From the NCBI GenBank assembly GCA_951406725.2, contig OX597835.1:24118001-24182000 (forward strand): a stretch of DNA of 64,000 nt, read 5' to 3'. Numbering within the stretch: position 1 is the first letter of the stretch; each line of letters begins with the position of its first letter. A program made the translations under genes and the position numbers. Source of the DNA: Octopus vulgaris. Taxonomy: Eukaryota. Shown here one piece after another: positions 23,261 to 37,276 of the stretch. The notes under the pieces were generated by a model that searched no databases, had not been told where the DNA came from, and saw nothing but the letters and a program-made list of their open reading frames with translations.

Positions 23261-25139
23261 CGTTATTATTATTTATTATTAATAAGGTAGTGAGCCAATT
23301 TCAGGCCTTGTGCCTTTTGTAGAAAGGATTATTATTATTATTAATTTTATTATTTAGGAGGTGAGCTGGCAGAATCATTAGCACACCTGGTGAAATGCTT
23401 AGCAATATTTCACCTGTCACTACATTGAGTTTAAATTCCGCTGAGGTTGACTTTGCCATTTATCTTTTCGGAGTTGATAAAATAAGTACCAGCTGAACCC
23501 TGTGGGTCAATGTGATTGACTCATACCCTCCCCCCAAAAAAGGGCTATCCTTGTAACAAAATTTGAAACTGTTATTATTATGATGTGACAAGCTGGCAGA
23601 ATCCTTAACATGCCAGGCAAAATGCTTAGAACATGAAAACAGATGAAATTCTGAGTTCAAATGCTGGCAAGGTCAACTTTGCCTTTCATCATTTTAGGGT
23701 CGATAAAATAAATACCTATTTCTTTACTACCCACAAGGGGCTAAACACAGAGAGGACAGACAAACGGATTAAGTCGATTACATCGACCCCAGTGCGTAAC
23801 TGGTACTTAATTTATCGACCCCGAAAGGATGAATGGCAAAGTTGACCACGGCAGAATTTGAACTCAGAACGTAACGGCAGACGAAATACGGCTAAGCATT
23901 TCGCCCGGCGTGCTAACAATTCTGCCAGCTCGCCACTCAACATGGGTCCATTTGAAGAGTGGAGGGGGGGGGGGGTTCCACGTAATTCACTTAGCCTTCC
24001 TCCAAATTGTTGCCCTTGTGCCAAAATTTGAAGCCTTTATTATTACTATTATTATTATTATTATTATTACTAAGGCAGCAAGCTGGCAGTATCATTAGTG
24101 CACCGGTTGAAATGCTCAGCAGTATTTTGCCTGTCACCATGTTCTGAGTTCAAATTCTGCTGAGGTTGACTTTGCTTTTCATCCTTCCAGGGCTGATGTT
24201 TGTTGTGCACTCCGCTATCATTATTAGATTACTGTTATTCTGTGCATCTGTGTGTAAAGATCAGTTGTAATTTCGAGGGTTGCTTTATTTTTACCCTTAA
24301 CTTAGAAATGGAGAAAAACAGTGCTATGTATAAAAAAAAAAAAAGATCCATTTGGGGCTAGAAATAAAGTGGGAAAATGTAAAATTCTTTGAGCAGGCAA
24401 GTGACTTGTGAGAAATCTGTGATGAGCTCGAGTGATGCTGATAACCTGGAGTCACTGAAATCGTGCTGTATCTGAGAAAGTAAGAGTTCATGTTGCAGCA
24501 CGAAGCTTTGTCAGTGAACAGATTACAGTTCCAAGGCTATGAAAATATTTTGACACAAATGAAATTTAAATGTTGAAGTGTTTGTGTGTTCTTGAATGGC
24601 TTACAAACACCTTCCACGCTGCAATTGTTTTTGTTTTTAGCACACAATCTCAGATCAAGTCACTTGCTATGCAAGTACATCTCTGTAATATATATATATC
24701 TATATATATATATATATATATATCCTGATGTGGAAAGATAGATGAATGAGCAGAAAAACTGTAACTTTGGTGGATATGTTGTGGGGGGATGGAGTGTAGA
24801 TTTTGTCGTTTTTTTAGTGTTTCTCTTGTTATTTAGTTCCTAGGTCAACCTTTATGGAACAGTCAGCACCAGTTTCTTTAATCAGACAGTTTATCTATGA
24901 TGACAGCACCCAAAGTAGTAGTAGTAGTAGCAGTAGTAGTGAGTGTGTTGGTGGTGGTGGTGGTGGTGGTGGTAATGACTGTGGAAGTGCTTTTGTGTTG
25001 AGTTGGGGTATGCAGAACTTGCTCTTGTAACTATTGCGCTTTTATTGTGTGTGTGTGTGTGTGCTTTTGTGTATCTGTGTGTCTGTGTGTTTTTATTGAG
25101 TGTGTGTGTATGTGCTTTTATTGAGTGTTTGTGCTTTGT

Positions 25140-25178
25140 CTGTGTATATATATGTGTGTGTGTGTGTATATATATATG

Positions 25179-25209
<31 letters not shown>

Positions 25210-25460
25210 GTGTGTATATATATATGTATATATATATATGTGTGTATATATATATGTATATATATATATGTGTGTATATATATATGTATATATATATATG
25301 TGTGTATATATATATGTGTATATATATATATGTGTGTATATATATATGTATATATATATATGTGTGTATATATATATGTATATATATATATGTGTGTATA
25401 TATATATGTATATATATATATGTGTGTATATATATATGTATATATATAAATGTGTGTGTG
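25140..25460. repeat. Compound TA/TG microsatellite with about 30-bp higher-order unit
   Basis: tatatatatgtgtgtatatatatatgtata repeated. Confidence 0.9.
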
Positions 25461-25999
25461 TGTCTGTATTAAATTCCATCAGATGAAAGAAAATACGAAA
25501 AAAAGAAAATATGGGTGTTTCACATCTTGTTCTCCCTTGGTGGAAGGTCTTAGCTGATGTCTAGGCTTCGAAGGCCCCTCATTGCAGAATAAAAAGGTGT
25601 CTGATTTGGATGACCTTGTCATACACTTCACACCTTATTTCCCACCTCACAACATTTAAAAAAATATTTCAGGCATTCTTTTTTTTTTGTTCTGTTTTTC
25701 ACACTTTTAATGACTCATTTGTTTGTTTGTTTTTTTTTATGGCCTAGTGGTTAGGGCAGCGGACTTGCGGTCGGAGGATCGCGGTTTCGATTCCCAGACC
25801 GGGCGTTGTGTGTGTTTATTGAGCGAAAAAAACACCTAAAAGCTCCACGAGGCTCCGGCAGGAGGTGGTGATCCCTGCTGTACTCTTTCACCACTCTAAA
25901 GGCGGTGCTCCAGCATGGCCGCAGTCAAATGACTGAAACAAGTACAAAAAAAAAAAAAAAAAAAAAAAAATACATAGTGGAGTTGGTTAGACAACAGTT

Positions 26000-26029
<30 letters not shown>

Positions 26030-26030
<1 letters not shown>

Positions 26031-26105
26031 ACTGTCTCTCTCATGCTCTCCTCTTTTGCACTCTCACTCTCTCACACTGTCTTGCTCTCTCATTCAATTT
26101 CCCAA

Positions 26106-26166
<61 letters not shown>

Positions 26167-26665
26167 ATTCTCACTGTTTTGAACTTTGTCTCTCACTCTC
26201 TCCCTGACTTGCTCGCTCCTTTTTCTCTACCACTTTCTCTCTCTTTGTTCTGTCTCTCTCTCCTTTTTATTTTACTCTCTCACTTTTTCTCACCCTCTTC
26301 TCTCATTCACTCATTTTCTCCCTCTCTCACTCTCTCTCTTTTTCTCACATTCTCCCTCTATCACCCTCTCTCTTCTCTCATTCACTCCTTCATTCTCTCC
26401 CTCTCTCTTATTGTCTCTCTCACTCTCTCCCTTTCTCTTTTTCACATTCTCCCTCTGTCACCATCTTTCCTCATTCACTTTCATTCTCTCCCCCTCTTTG
26501 TCTCTTATTCTGTCTCTCTCTCCCTTTCTCTTTCTCACAATCTCCCTCTATCATCCTTTCTCTTCTCATTCACTCTTTCATTCTTTCTCTCTCATTCTCT
26601 CTTAATTCTCCCTCTATCACCCTCTCCTCTCATTCACTCTTTCCTTCTCTCCCTCACCTTCTCTC

Positions 26666-26712
<47 letters not shown>
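26030..26712. repeat. CT-rich low-complexity tract
   Basis: (CT)n plus degenerate ctctca/ttct repeats. Confidence 0.9.
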
Positions 26713-26948
26713 ACTCTCAACAGTCCTGACAAAGTTGTCCCATTTTACATCAGTTTCTAAATTTTTACAATATGATAGAAAATTGACTTTCGTCCAGAAA
26801 TGAAGTCACACCCCACCATCTGCCCTCCTCCTCCCCACACACAGTCACACATACTGTCTCTCTCCCACCAGCACCATCAATCTCTCACTGCCACCATCTC
26901 TATATAAGTCAATCAACTGTATTGTTGTTTTTTATAACTCTTCTAGAG

Positions 26949-27605
26949 CAGGCTTTCTCAACCATTTTTTCCCCCTTGGACCCGTTTGATTTCTATTTTA
27001 CATAGGTGGACCCTCATAATTATTTGATGTTTAAAAAAAACATTTTATATCTTTAAAATTGAATATTATTAAAAAATTTTTTTAATAAATTGAAATATTT
27101 TGTGTATTCTGGACGCAAAACCTATTCATTGCACATAAACTTTACTGGTCTGAAGCACAATATTTTCATGGTCCCTGAAAAATTACAATGGGACCCCAAT
27201 TCACTATATTGCATCCATGGAACCTCCAAAATCTTATATGGATCCTCAAAGTGCATATGGACCCCAGTTGAGAACTCTTGTGCAGGGATTCTCAACCATT
27301 TTTTTTACCTATAGACCCCTTTGATTACTATTTTATTCTGGTACCCCCTCTCCCATAGCCATTCGATGTTTAAAAACTCGTTTTGTAGAAGCTTCTTTCA
27401 AAATTCCTATTTTGTTTCTACACATTCCCTTGTGTAGGTTGAAACTAAGTAAAATGTTAGAGAAAGAAACCCAGCTGTTTCTTACAATACAGACATCTGA
27501 AGCAGAATTTTTGCAGGGGCACTTAAAATGTTATTGTGCATCCTTAATTTGCTAGTTACATGGACCCCCCCAAAATTTTATATGGGTCCTGGTTGAGGCC
27601 CATTG
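26949..27605. mobile_element. Two tandem hAT (Charlie-like) MITE units within one TSD
   Basis: ttctagag|caggctttctcaacc ... cagggattctcaacc ... ggttgaggcccattg|ctctagag. Confidence 0.7.
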
Positions 27606-28504
27606 CTCTAGAGGATGTATAACAATTACCAAATGACAATTGAAACCAGCGTGTGTCCATTGTGTGTGTGTGTGTGCTTGTGCATGTTTGTGTGTATGTG
27701 CATGTGTGTGTACATATGTGCATGGGGCTAGGGTATTTGTCAGTTTGTGGCCTTCTTCTTGGGTCACCGCCTTTTTTTTTTGTTTTAGATAGCAGAAATA
27801 TGGAATGAGGGATGTCTGGCTGCTATTTCTAACAGGTCGAGTAACCATTTTGAGACCCCTGCCTTGGCTTGTTTTTGCTCGTTGTAAATTATTTTGGTCA
27901 GAAAAACTGCAATTAACATTAATAATGTCTAGTTGGTTAATTACACTCAATTATGAATGTATGAAGCAAAATAGCACAGATTTGATTAAAAGGAGCGAAT
28001 AATTGTTTAGTTTCAGAGAGAAGGAAAAAAAAGAGAGACAGCACGAAAGAGGGAGGAGGAGAAACAGTATGAGAGATAGAGAGGGGGAAGAAGCGTGAGA
28101 GAGCTTGAGAGAGAGGAGTCAGAGCTTGAGAAACAGAGGAGGAGGAGATGTGTGTTGAGTGAAGGGGAGAGAGTGGAGTGGGAAAGCTTTTGGTGAAAAA
28201 CAACAGCAGGTCAGTGTTGTTGGGATTCAAACATTCCTGTTTTTGTCAGAAACCATATTTCTTGATTCAAGAGCTGCTGTAGCAATTAAAATGTAATAAT
28301 ATCTAAGAGTGGCCAGTGGAATGAATTTGGAAAAATAAGCTGAAGTGTGATCTACTGGATGTTGTAAGTCATCATCAGCATCATCATCCTTTAACGTCCC
28401 TTTCTTCTCTTTTCCTATGCTGGCATGGGTCGGACAGTAAGACAGGCGCTGGCAAACCAGATGACTGCCCTAGACTGCTGTGCCTGCTCTGGCATGGTTT
28501 CTTT

Positions 28505-28734
28505 GGCCAGAGGCCCTTCCCAATGTCAACCACTTTACAGAGTGTTCCAAGTGCTTTTTTATGTGGCACTAGCACCGGTGAGGTTAGCAGGTAGCTCATA
28601 AGACAAGACCTCACCTCACTCGGCCAGAGGCCCTTCCTAATGTCAACCACTTTACAGAGTGTTCCAAGTGCTTTTTTTTACGTGGCACTGGTGAGGTTAC
28701 CAGGTAACTCATAAGACAAGGCCTCACCTCACTC
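28505..28734. repeat. About 117-bp tandem duplication inside a family C copy
   Basis: ggccagaggcccttcc...agacaag.cctcacctcactc twice. Confidence 0.85.
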
Positions 28735-31700
28735 GATGGTGGTGTAATATTGAAGGAGGTGGCTTCATGCCTGGTGACAAGGAGTTAAAAAGTGTGATAG
28801 AGGGGTAGAGGTAAGTGTCTTGTTGAAGAGGTGATACACGGTTATCCCAATTAGAAAAGGGTGATGGTAGTGATCATCATCGCAATAGTAATAATCATCA
28901 CCATGGTAATCATTCTTGTCATTGTTGTTACCATTGTCATCGTCATCGCCATTATCATTGTCAGCATCGTCGTTGTTGTTGTTGTTGCTATTGTCATCGC
29001 CATTGCCAGTATCATCATCATCATCATTGTCTTCATTGTTGGTGTTGTCATTGTCATCGTTGTTGTCATCATCATAGTCAACACCATCTTTTAACGTCCA
29101 TTTTCCATGCTGGTATGGGTCAGATGATGTGACTGGATCTAGTGAGCTACAGGACAGCATTGAGCTCTGATAGCTGGATGTCCTAACCTCATCCTCTCTA
29201 TATATTAGGTGTTTTTTTTTATTTTGGTTTTGTTTTTCATGGCACCAACTCTAATAAAGTTGTCAAGTAAATTTGCCAGACAAGAGAAAAGAAAGAAAAA
29301 TGCCCCTTTGATTGCCACTGTCATGCAAAGATTGGAGACAAAACACTTAAAACACTCAGAGAATTTTCGGTCATGGAAACAAAATCTAGAATTAATAGAA
29401 TTGACAAGTTTCTGAGTAAATTTGGCAAAGGCTAAGGGACCGGTGGGTTGGGGTGGGGTGGCTATTTGCTGTACTTGATAAGACAGGTCAAGCTAAGTTA
29501 TATCACTGTCTTCCACACATACAGGTTTGCCCTTTCAGGTGCCATTTAAAAGGCACCTGTACCATGTGTAAATGCACCCGTGCCGGTGGCGTGTATTCAT
29601 TAGAACACTGCTGAAAATGTTTAGCAGCATTTTGTCCATCTTTACGTTCAGAGTTCAAATCCCAATCAAAGTCCAACTTTGCCATCCATCCTATTTGGGG
29701 TCATTAAAGAGTCGGGTACTGGAATCATTTTAACCGACTTCCCTCTTCCTTCAAAAACTGCCTAAATTGGACACCATTATTTTTAGTATGATTATTATTA
29801 TCATTATTATTAAGATAAGGTAGTGAGCTGGCAGAATTGTTGGATGCAGTACTTAGCGGTATTTCACCTGTTGCTACGTTCTGAGTTCAAATTCCACCAA
29901 GGTCAATTTTGCCTTTCATTCTTTCATGGTCGATTAAATAAATACCAGCTACATGCTGGGGTTGATATAATCGATTAGACCTTGACCCCCAAAATTTCAG
30001 GCCTCATGCCTATAGTAGAAAAGGTTATTAATCATAGTATTAAGGTGGCAAACTGGCAGCATTGTTAGCACATCGGACAAAATGTTGCTCAGGATTTTTA
30101 CATTCTGAGTTCAAATTCCGCCGAAGTCAACTCTGCCTTTTGTCCTTTTGAGGTTGATAAAACAAGTACCAGTTGAACACTGGGGTTGACATAATTAACT
30201 TCCTCCTCCCCTTAAAGTTGCTGGCGTTGTGCTGTTGTTTGAAAACATTATTAATAGCAGTATTAGTATTATTTTCATTGTTTAGTGATATAACAAAAAC
30301 AAAATGCTAGAATGCCTTGTAGTGGTTTAGCCCGAAGTCAGAACTAATCTATCTTTCTCTCTCTCTCACTCGCGTGTGCATACATGTTGCACACTCACAC
30401 ACACACAAACACATTACCACCATCTTAAATTGAAATAGCCTGAAAGAGCTAAATCTAGCAAGTAAACAGTGGTGGACTTGTCCAAACTTCTACATTACTC
30501 TGTGTGTAAGTGTGCATGTGGTGTGTATATACACAATTACACACATGCACACACACACTATACATACATACAAATACACGAAGTTTGTGCTAAACTAACA
30601 CTGCCCCCACCCCGCCCGTCACTACTCCAACCCACCACCCTGAGTTACCAAAAATATAATATAATCAACAATGGTTATGTCATGTTAAGCCATACCTACA
30701 GCCACCCTTATTCCACCCCTATCTCGGGCCCTACCCCACTAACTAACCATTATTTATAGTCTGTTGTTGTTGTTGATGATAGCAGTTTAGCTGTGGTGGT
30801 AGTGTTGGTTATGGTGGTGGCCATTGGTCATGGTGGTGATTATGGTGAAGGTGGTGGTGGTGGGTACGGTGGTGGTGGTAGTGTTACTTAATAAATATGT
30901 TGTTCTATCTTGTTATGGTTTGTTTTTAATTTAAACAAAAAACAAAAAGGAAGATAACAACAACAACAAGCAGCATTTGAAGAATTGATTAAATTGTTAA
31001 AAATAACATAGAATATAAAAAATAAAAAAGAATGAAAGAAAGAAAGAAAGAAGGAAAGAATAAGAAAAACAAAAACCTTACAATGGAAGGTTTTGTGGAG
31101 ACCCAGAATGTCTGGAGACAGAGTTCTTCTCTGTGTAATTCTTTAGACACAAAATAATAATAATAATAATAATGATAGCAGCAGAGCAGCCTGATGTTGC
31201 TTAAACTGTATGACCTCAGTTGGTGGTGATAGCAATGGATGGTATCACCATAGTAGTCTCCAGCAACACCACCACCACCACTGTCACCACTCTGATACTA
31301 TCACAGCACCACCACACCCGCCACCGCCACCGCCACTATTACTGGCTCTATAAATCTGTTTATGTAATAAATTAATGTAAATTAGCTGTTATCAGTATGG
31401 CAAGGAGGAGAATGCTAGTAACACTATCAGCAATAAACATGTATATAATCATCATCATCATCATCATCATCGTCCTCATTTTGACAACTGCTTTTCCATG
31501 CCGGCATGGGTTGGATCGATTCGACTCTTTCCAACAAACACTGCATCTGGTGTTCCATTTGTCGTCTCTCATGCGAGGTTCAATGTCCTAAGATCACTCC
31601 CTCTTGAAACCTCTCTCTGTCCTTGTTTCCCTCTTACACTTGTGACTTCTCAGTACTTCTCTACCCATCCATTATGACTATCAAAGCGCAATGTGTTTGT

Positions 31701-31813
31701 ACCAATGCAGTGATCTCCTTCTTGCACACTGCATCTTGCTTCCTTTTACACCCAGGTGTCAATGCCAGTTTAACCTTGCTATTTCCATTTTGGCACATAG
31801 TCTAACCCCAATT

Positions 31814-32430
31814 CAGGCAGTACTATCTTAAGACATGGGCACATTGCACAGTTACTCGGGGACCTCCCGGGTTTAAGGACCTAATTGTGATCTAAGTATT
31901 TTGCAACTTGCTGTTAATAAATTCTATAGGGCCCAGTGCACCTATTTGCTTTAGGGCCCATTTCTGATCTATGTATACTGTGGTTTGCTGTCAATAAATA
32001 AATACTTTAAGGCCCAGTATGCTGATATACCTTGGGGCCCCATTTCTGATCTATGTATACTGAGGCTTACTGTCAATAGATAAATACTATAAAGCCAGTA
32101 CTTTGATTTGCTCAGGGGCCTCACAGGTCTGGGAACCCAATCCCCATCCATGTATGCTGCGGCTTGCTATCAATGATTAAATATTATAGGACCCCGTTTG
32201 CTGATATACCTTGAGGCCCATTTCTGATTTATATATATATATATACTGTGGTTCTCTGTCAAATTTTATAGGATTTAGTGCACTGATTTGCCCTGGGGTT
32301 CAATTCTGATATATATATATATATATATACAGTGACTTGCTGTCACTAATTAAATACTATAGGGGTCAGAAAACTAATTTGCTGGTAGGTGGGTGGGTGG
32401 GGGCTATAATGCAGCTGAGACTGTTCTGAA
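31814..32430. repeat. MITE-like element with internal about 68-70-bp degenerate tandem repeats
   Basis: ggcccatttctgatctatgtatactg...gtcaata..taaatact repeated about 6-7 times. A single-unit relative lies at about 1300-1473. Confidence 0.65.
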
Positions 32431-32624
32431 TCCAGATCTGATCATTTCACAGTGTATGCTAAGGATATTGCAGTACAGCACCGGCTAAAGTAGTACCCGG
32501 TTAGCTCTCTCATCTCGTCAGCACCACGTTACTCGTGCACACTAACCTTTCACATTCAGCCAATTATGATTGCTCCATGGTCATCTTGCTATCATGCAGC
32601 ATCTCAGTTTGTACACAAGCAGCA

Positions 32625-33790
32625 TACAATAACAGTCAAGTGACTGCTAGCCATAGCAGAAATAACAGCTGAGTGTCTGTTTACCATTCCAGAAATGACA
32701 TCTGAGTGTCGACTAGTCAGGGCAGAAATAACTGGTGAGTGTCCATTGGCTATTCCAGAAATAACATGCGAGTGTCTGCTGGCCATTCTAAAAGTAACAG
32801 CTGAGTGTCTGCTAGCCATTCTAGAAATAACAGTTGAGTGTCTGCTAGCCATTTTAGAAATAACAGTTGAATGTCTGCTAGCCATTCTAGAAATAACATG
32901 TGTCTGCTGGCCATTCTAGAAATAACAGTTGAATGTCTGCTAGCCATTCTAGAAATAACATGTGTCTGCTGGCCATTCTAGAAATAACATGTGTCTGCTA
33001 GCCATTCTAGAAATAACATGTGTCTGCTGGCCATTCTAGAAATAACAGTTGAATGTCTGCTAGCCATTCTAGAAATAACATGTGTCTGCTGGCCATTCTA
33101 GAAATAACATGTGTCTGCTGGCCATTCTAGAAATAACATGTGTCTGCTGGCCATTCTAGAAATAACATGTGTCTGCTAGCCATTCTAGAAATAACAGCTG
33201 AGTGTCTGCTGGCCATTCTAGAAATAGCATGCGAGTGTCTGCTGGCCATTCTAGAAATAACAGTTGAGTGTCTGCTAGCCATTCTAGAAATAACAGTTGA
33301 GTGTCTGCTAGCCATTCTAGAAATAACAGCTGAGTGTCTGCTGGCCATTCTAGAAATAGCATGCGAGTGTCTGCTGGCCATTCTAGAAATAACATGAGTG
33401 TCTGCTGGCCATTCTAGAAATAACAGTTGAGTGTCTGCTGGCCATTCTAGAAATAACAGTTGAGTGTCTGCTAGCCATTCTAGAAATAACATGTGAGTGT
33501 CTGCTAGCCATTCTAGAAATAACAGTTGAGTGTCTGCTAGCCATTCTAGAAATAACATGTGAGTGTCTGCTAGCCATTCTAGAAATAACAGCTGAGTGTT
33601 GGCTGGCCATTCTAGAAATAACAGCTGAGTGTCTGCTGGCCATTCTAGAAATAACAGTTGAGTGTTGGCTGACTATGGCAGAAATAACAGCTGAGTATCT
33701 GTTTGACGTGCTAGAAGTAACAGCCAAGTTCCTTCTAGGCATGCTAGAAGTAATAGCTGAGTTGCTAGACATGCTTGAAATAGTAGCCTA
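32625..33790. repeat. Minisatellite, 33/28-bp units gccattctagaaataaca(gYtga)gtgtctgctR
   Basis: Roughly 35 units, homogeneous in the centre and degenerate at both edges. Confidence 0.95.
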
Positions 33791-34000
33791 ATCTCTCTGA
33801 AATTAAACCCTAATGCTTCCTTTTTTTACAAAGAAAGGATTGATTGGAAAGCATAAATCTAAATACATTGAAACAAACAATATTGGTGATAGTGCTTCTG
33901 CTGTTGATGGTAGTGATGATGATGATGGTGGTGGTTATGGTTGTGATGCTGGTGATGTTTCTAACATAAGAAAAACAAAACAAAACAAAAAAAACTATGT

Positions 34001-34004
<4 letters not shown>

Positions 34005-34084
<80 letters not shown>

Positions 34085-35368
34085 AGCCTGCAGCTGTTAA
34101 ATGGAACTCTGTCAGTTTCTGGTGTGGGGTGGGTGATCTCTCGGGGAGTGGAGGTGGTGCAAGGCGGTGGGGTGTCTGAAAGCTGGGGGTGAGGAATGAT
34201 GTATGGAATCAAGCAGTGTTGTTTCTTGGTTCCTACCTACCTACCTCCCTCCTTCTTGTTTCCTTTATCTCTCTCTCACCTTCCAACTTCCATCTTTCAC
34301 TCCATTTTTTTTTCTTACTCTTACTTTTGCTCTCTTTTTTCTTACTCCATCTGTCACAACAAGCTCTCCCTCCCTCTTTCTCTCTCTCACAAGCTCTCCT
34401 TCCCTCCCTCTTTCTCTCTCTCTCTCTCTCATTCTCTTTTTCTATCTGTCTGTCTATCTTTCTCCTATCTTTTCTTTTGTTCTCTCCTTTCTACTCTTTT
34501 TCTTTCTCACTCCTCTCCTCTCTCTCTTCTCTCTTTCTCTCTCACTCCTCTCTTGCTCTCTCTCTCTCCTTCCTTCTCTCGCTCTCTCTCTCCTTACCTC
34601 TCTCGCTCTCTCGCTCTCTCTCTCTCCTTCCCTCTCTCGCTCTCTCTCTCTCCTTCCCTCTCTCGCTCTCTCTCTCTCCTTCCCTCTCTCGCTCTCTCTC
34701 TCCTTCCCTCTCTCGCTCTCTCTCTCCTTCCCTCTCTCGCTCTCTCTCTCCTTCCCTCTCTCGCTCTCTTTCTCTCACTCCTCTCTTGCTCTCTCTCTCT
34801 CCTTCCTTCTCTCGCTCTTTCTCTCCTTACCTCTCTCGCTCTCTCTCTCTCTCCTTCCCTCTCTCGCTCTCTCCTTCCCTCTCTCGCTCTCTCTCTCCTT
34901 CCCTCTCTCGCTCTCTCTCTCTCCTTCCCTCTCTCGCTCTCTCTCTCTCCTTCCCTCTCTCGCTCTCTCTCCTTCCCTCTCTCGCTCTCTCTCCTTCCCT
35001 CCCTCCAACCCTCACACTCTCCCTCCCTCCAACCCTCACACTCTCCCTCCCTCCAACCCTCACACTCTCCCTCCCTCCCCCACACTCTCCCTCCCTCCCC
35101 CACACTCTCCCTCCCTCCCCCACACTCTCCCTCCCTCCCCCACACTCTCCCTCTCTCCCCCACACTCTCCCTCACACTCCCTCTCTCCCTCACACTCTCT
35201 CCCTCCCCCACACTCTCCCTTCCTCACGCTCTCCCCTCCCTCTCTCGATTGACTTCTCTCTCTTACTCCTCTTTCTCTTGCTCTTCCTCACTTCCACTCT
35301 TTCTTGCTCTTTCCTTTGTACTCCTCTCTCTCTTTCCCTCGCCCCCTCTCCCTTCCATTCTTCTTTTA
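34005..35368. repeat. Long polypyrimidine tract with nested ctctctcgctctctctctccttcc and ctccctcccccacact units
   Basis: About 1.1 kb nearly purine-free + strand, preceded by a long (CT)n run. Confidence 0.92.
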
Positions 35369-36134
35369 GGCAGCATCTGACCTATTGACCTTGATTTAAG
35401 ATCGATGGTTGTTACAACAGGGTGCAGTCAGCTTCCAGAAGTGAAATTCTAGAACCACCACTTTGTTTGGTGCTGCACTTAACTTGGGCATGTGTATCGT
35501 TGCACATGCATACCTGCACCCCACCTCACACACACACACACATGCGCACCTGCCCACTGCACATGCATGCATACACACATACAGGTTGAATACAGATTTT
35601 CCCTGTGTACACATGGGGCATACATAAAACTGCACACACACATGTATATGCATGCATGTACATGCACAAATAGTCATATATAAGAATGCCAACATGCATG
35701 TGCATATATAACCATTCTCTCAGATGCATAAACATGCTTGCATACATACACACACACACACACACATACATTGAAAGAATATTCTACCACTCTTGTCCTC
35801 AATAGTAGTAGTAGTAGTAGTAGTAGTAATCATAATAATAATGGTTTGAAGTTTTGGCACAGAGCTATCAGTTTTTTGAGGGGGACGGTAAGTCGATTAC
35901 ATTGACCCCAGTACTTGACTGGTACTTAGTTTATTGACACCCGAAAGGATGAAAGACAAAGTTGACCTCAGTGGAATTTGAACTCGGAACGTAAAGATGG
36001 ATGAGTGCCACAAAGCATTTTGTCTGGCCTGCTAGCAATTCTGCCAGCTCACCACCTAAAAACTTAGCAGTTTGGCAAAAAAGATTGATAGAATAATTAC
36101 CAGGCTTTAAAAAAAACTCCAGAAAGTGAAAAAA

Positions 36135-36301
36135 ATATACACATATACATATGTGTATATGTATGTATGTATATATATATGTGTGTGTATGTATATGTAT
36201 GTATGTATATGTGTGTATGTATATGTATGTATGTATATGTATGTATGCATATGTATGTATGCATATGTATGTATGCATATGTATGTATGCATATGTATTT
36301 G

Positions 36302-36332
<31 letters not shown>

Positions 36333-36539
36333 GTGTGTATATATATATATATGTATATGTGTGTATGTGTGTATATATATGTATATGCGTGTATATATAT
36401 GTATATATGTATATGCATGTATATATATATGTATGTATGTATATGTGTGTGTGTGTATATATATGTATGTGTATATGTATGTATATATGTGTGTGTGTGT
36501 ATATATATGTATATGTATGTATATATGTATGTGTGTGTG

Positions 36540-36574
<35 letters not shown>

Positions 36575-36740
36575 GTATGTGTCTGTGTGTATGTATATAT
36601 GTATGTGTCTGTGTGTATATATATGTATGTGTCTGTGTGTATGTATATATGTATGTGTCTGTGTGTATGTATATATGTGTCTGTGTGTATATATATATGT
36701 ATGTGTCTGTGTGTGTATATATATATATATACACACACAT
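36135..36740. repeat. Compound TA/TG microsatellite
   Basis: Direct reading. Confidence 0.92.
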
Positions 36741-37276
36741 ATTAATGTGGGCATTTAGCTCAATGCTCTGCCACTCTCAAAGATGGTAATGATAACACTT
36801 TGTGATATACAGCACAAACCCATCTTTGTTGTTGTTCTTGTTGGCTGGGGCTGATGGTGGGTGCATAGTCAAGGCATAGGAAACTTTTTTATTTTTTTTA
36901 CATTTTAAAAAAAAATCTATTTATTTATCTATTTATTTTGTGAACAGAAGATTTTGTGAAATTCAGAGATGTTGTTGATGTTGTTGTTGTTGTTTTTACT
37001 AGTCTGGTGAGTGATTTGATCTGAGGCCATGTGTTGAAACTAAAGCAATTACTACATGGTAGACACTTATTAACTATTCAAAAGCAGTGGGAAAATAAAC
37101 TGTTAACTTCACTTAAACATTTATCGTTTGGTGTCTCAAAATTTTTCGGCACACCATTCGCTTCCTGGTCTTTGACACAAGTCTTCGACTGCAACTCATA
37201 ACTCATGAAATATTTGCTGAGAATCGCAAATCAGGCCACAGCACCAAAAGAATAATTTACCAAACATCGTTTGAGG

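Noticed and set aside
29239-31134. ATG-to-GT phase-1 segments MAPTLIKLS (about 29239) and MEGFVETQNVWRQSSSL (about 31083)
   Set aside because: Weak donors and no promoter evidence. Expected by chance.
32625-33790. CRISPR-like array and ORFs such as (MASRHSTVISR)n
   Set aside because: No unique spacers, no cas genes and eukaryotic context. The ORFs arise from a stop-free 33-bp unit.
34189-35388. 399/394/349-aa Ser/Leu-rich ORFs
   Set aside because: Stop-free CT low-complexity DNA open in several frames.
35931-36789. Long YI/VC/HT ORFs (also at 25003-25486 and 59096-59624)
   Set aside because: Microsatellite translations.
36948-37006. CAG|...CTG|GTGAGT exon candidate
   Set aside because: 59 nt (frameshifting), contains (GTT)n and appears to overlap a repeat remnant.
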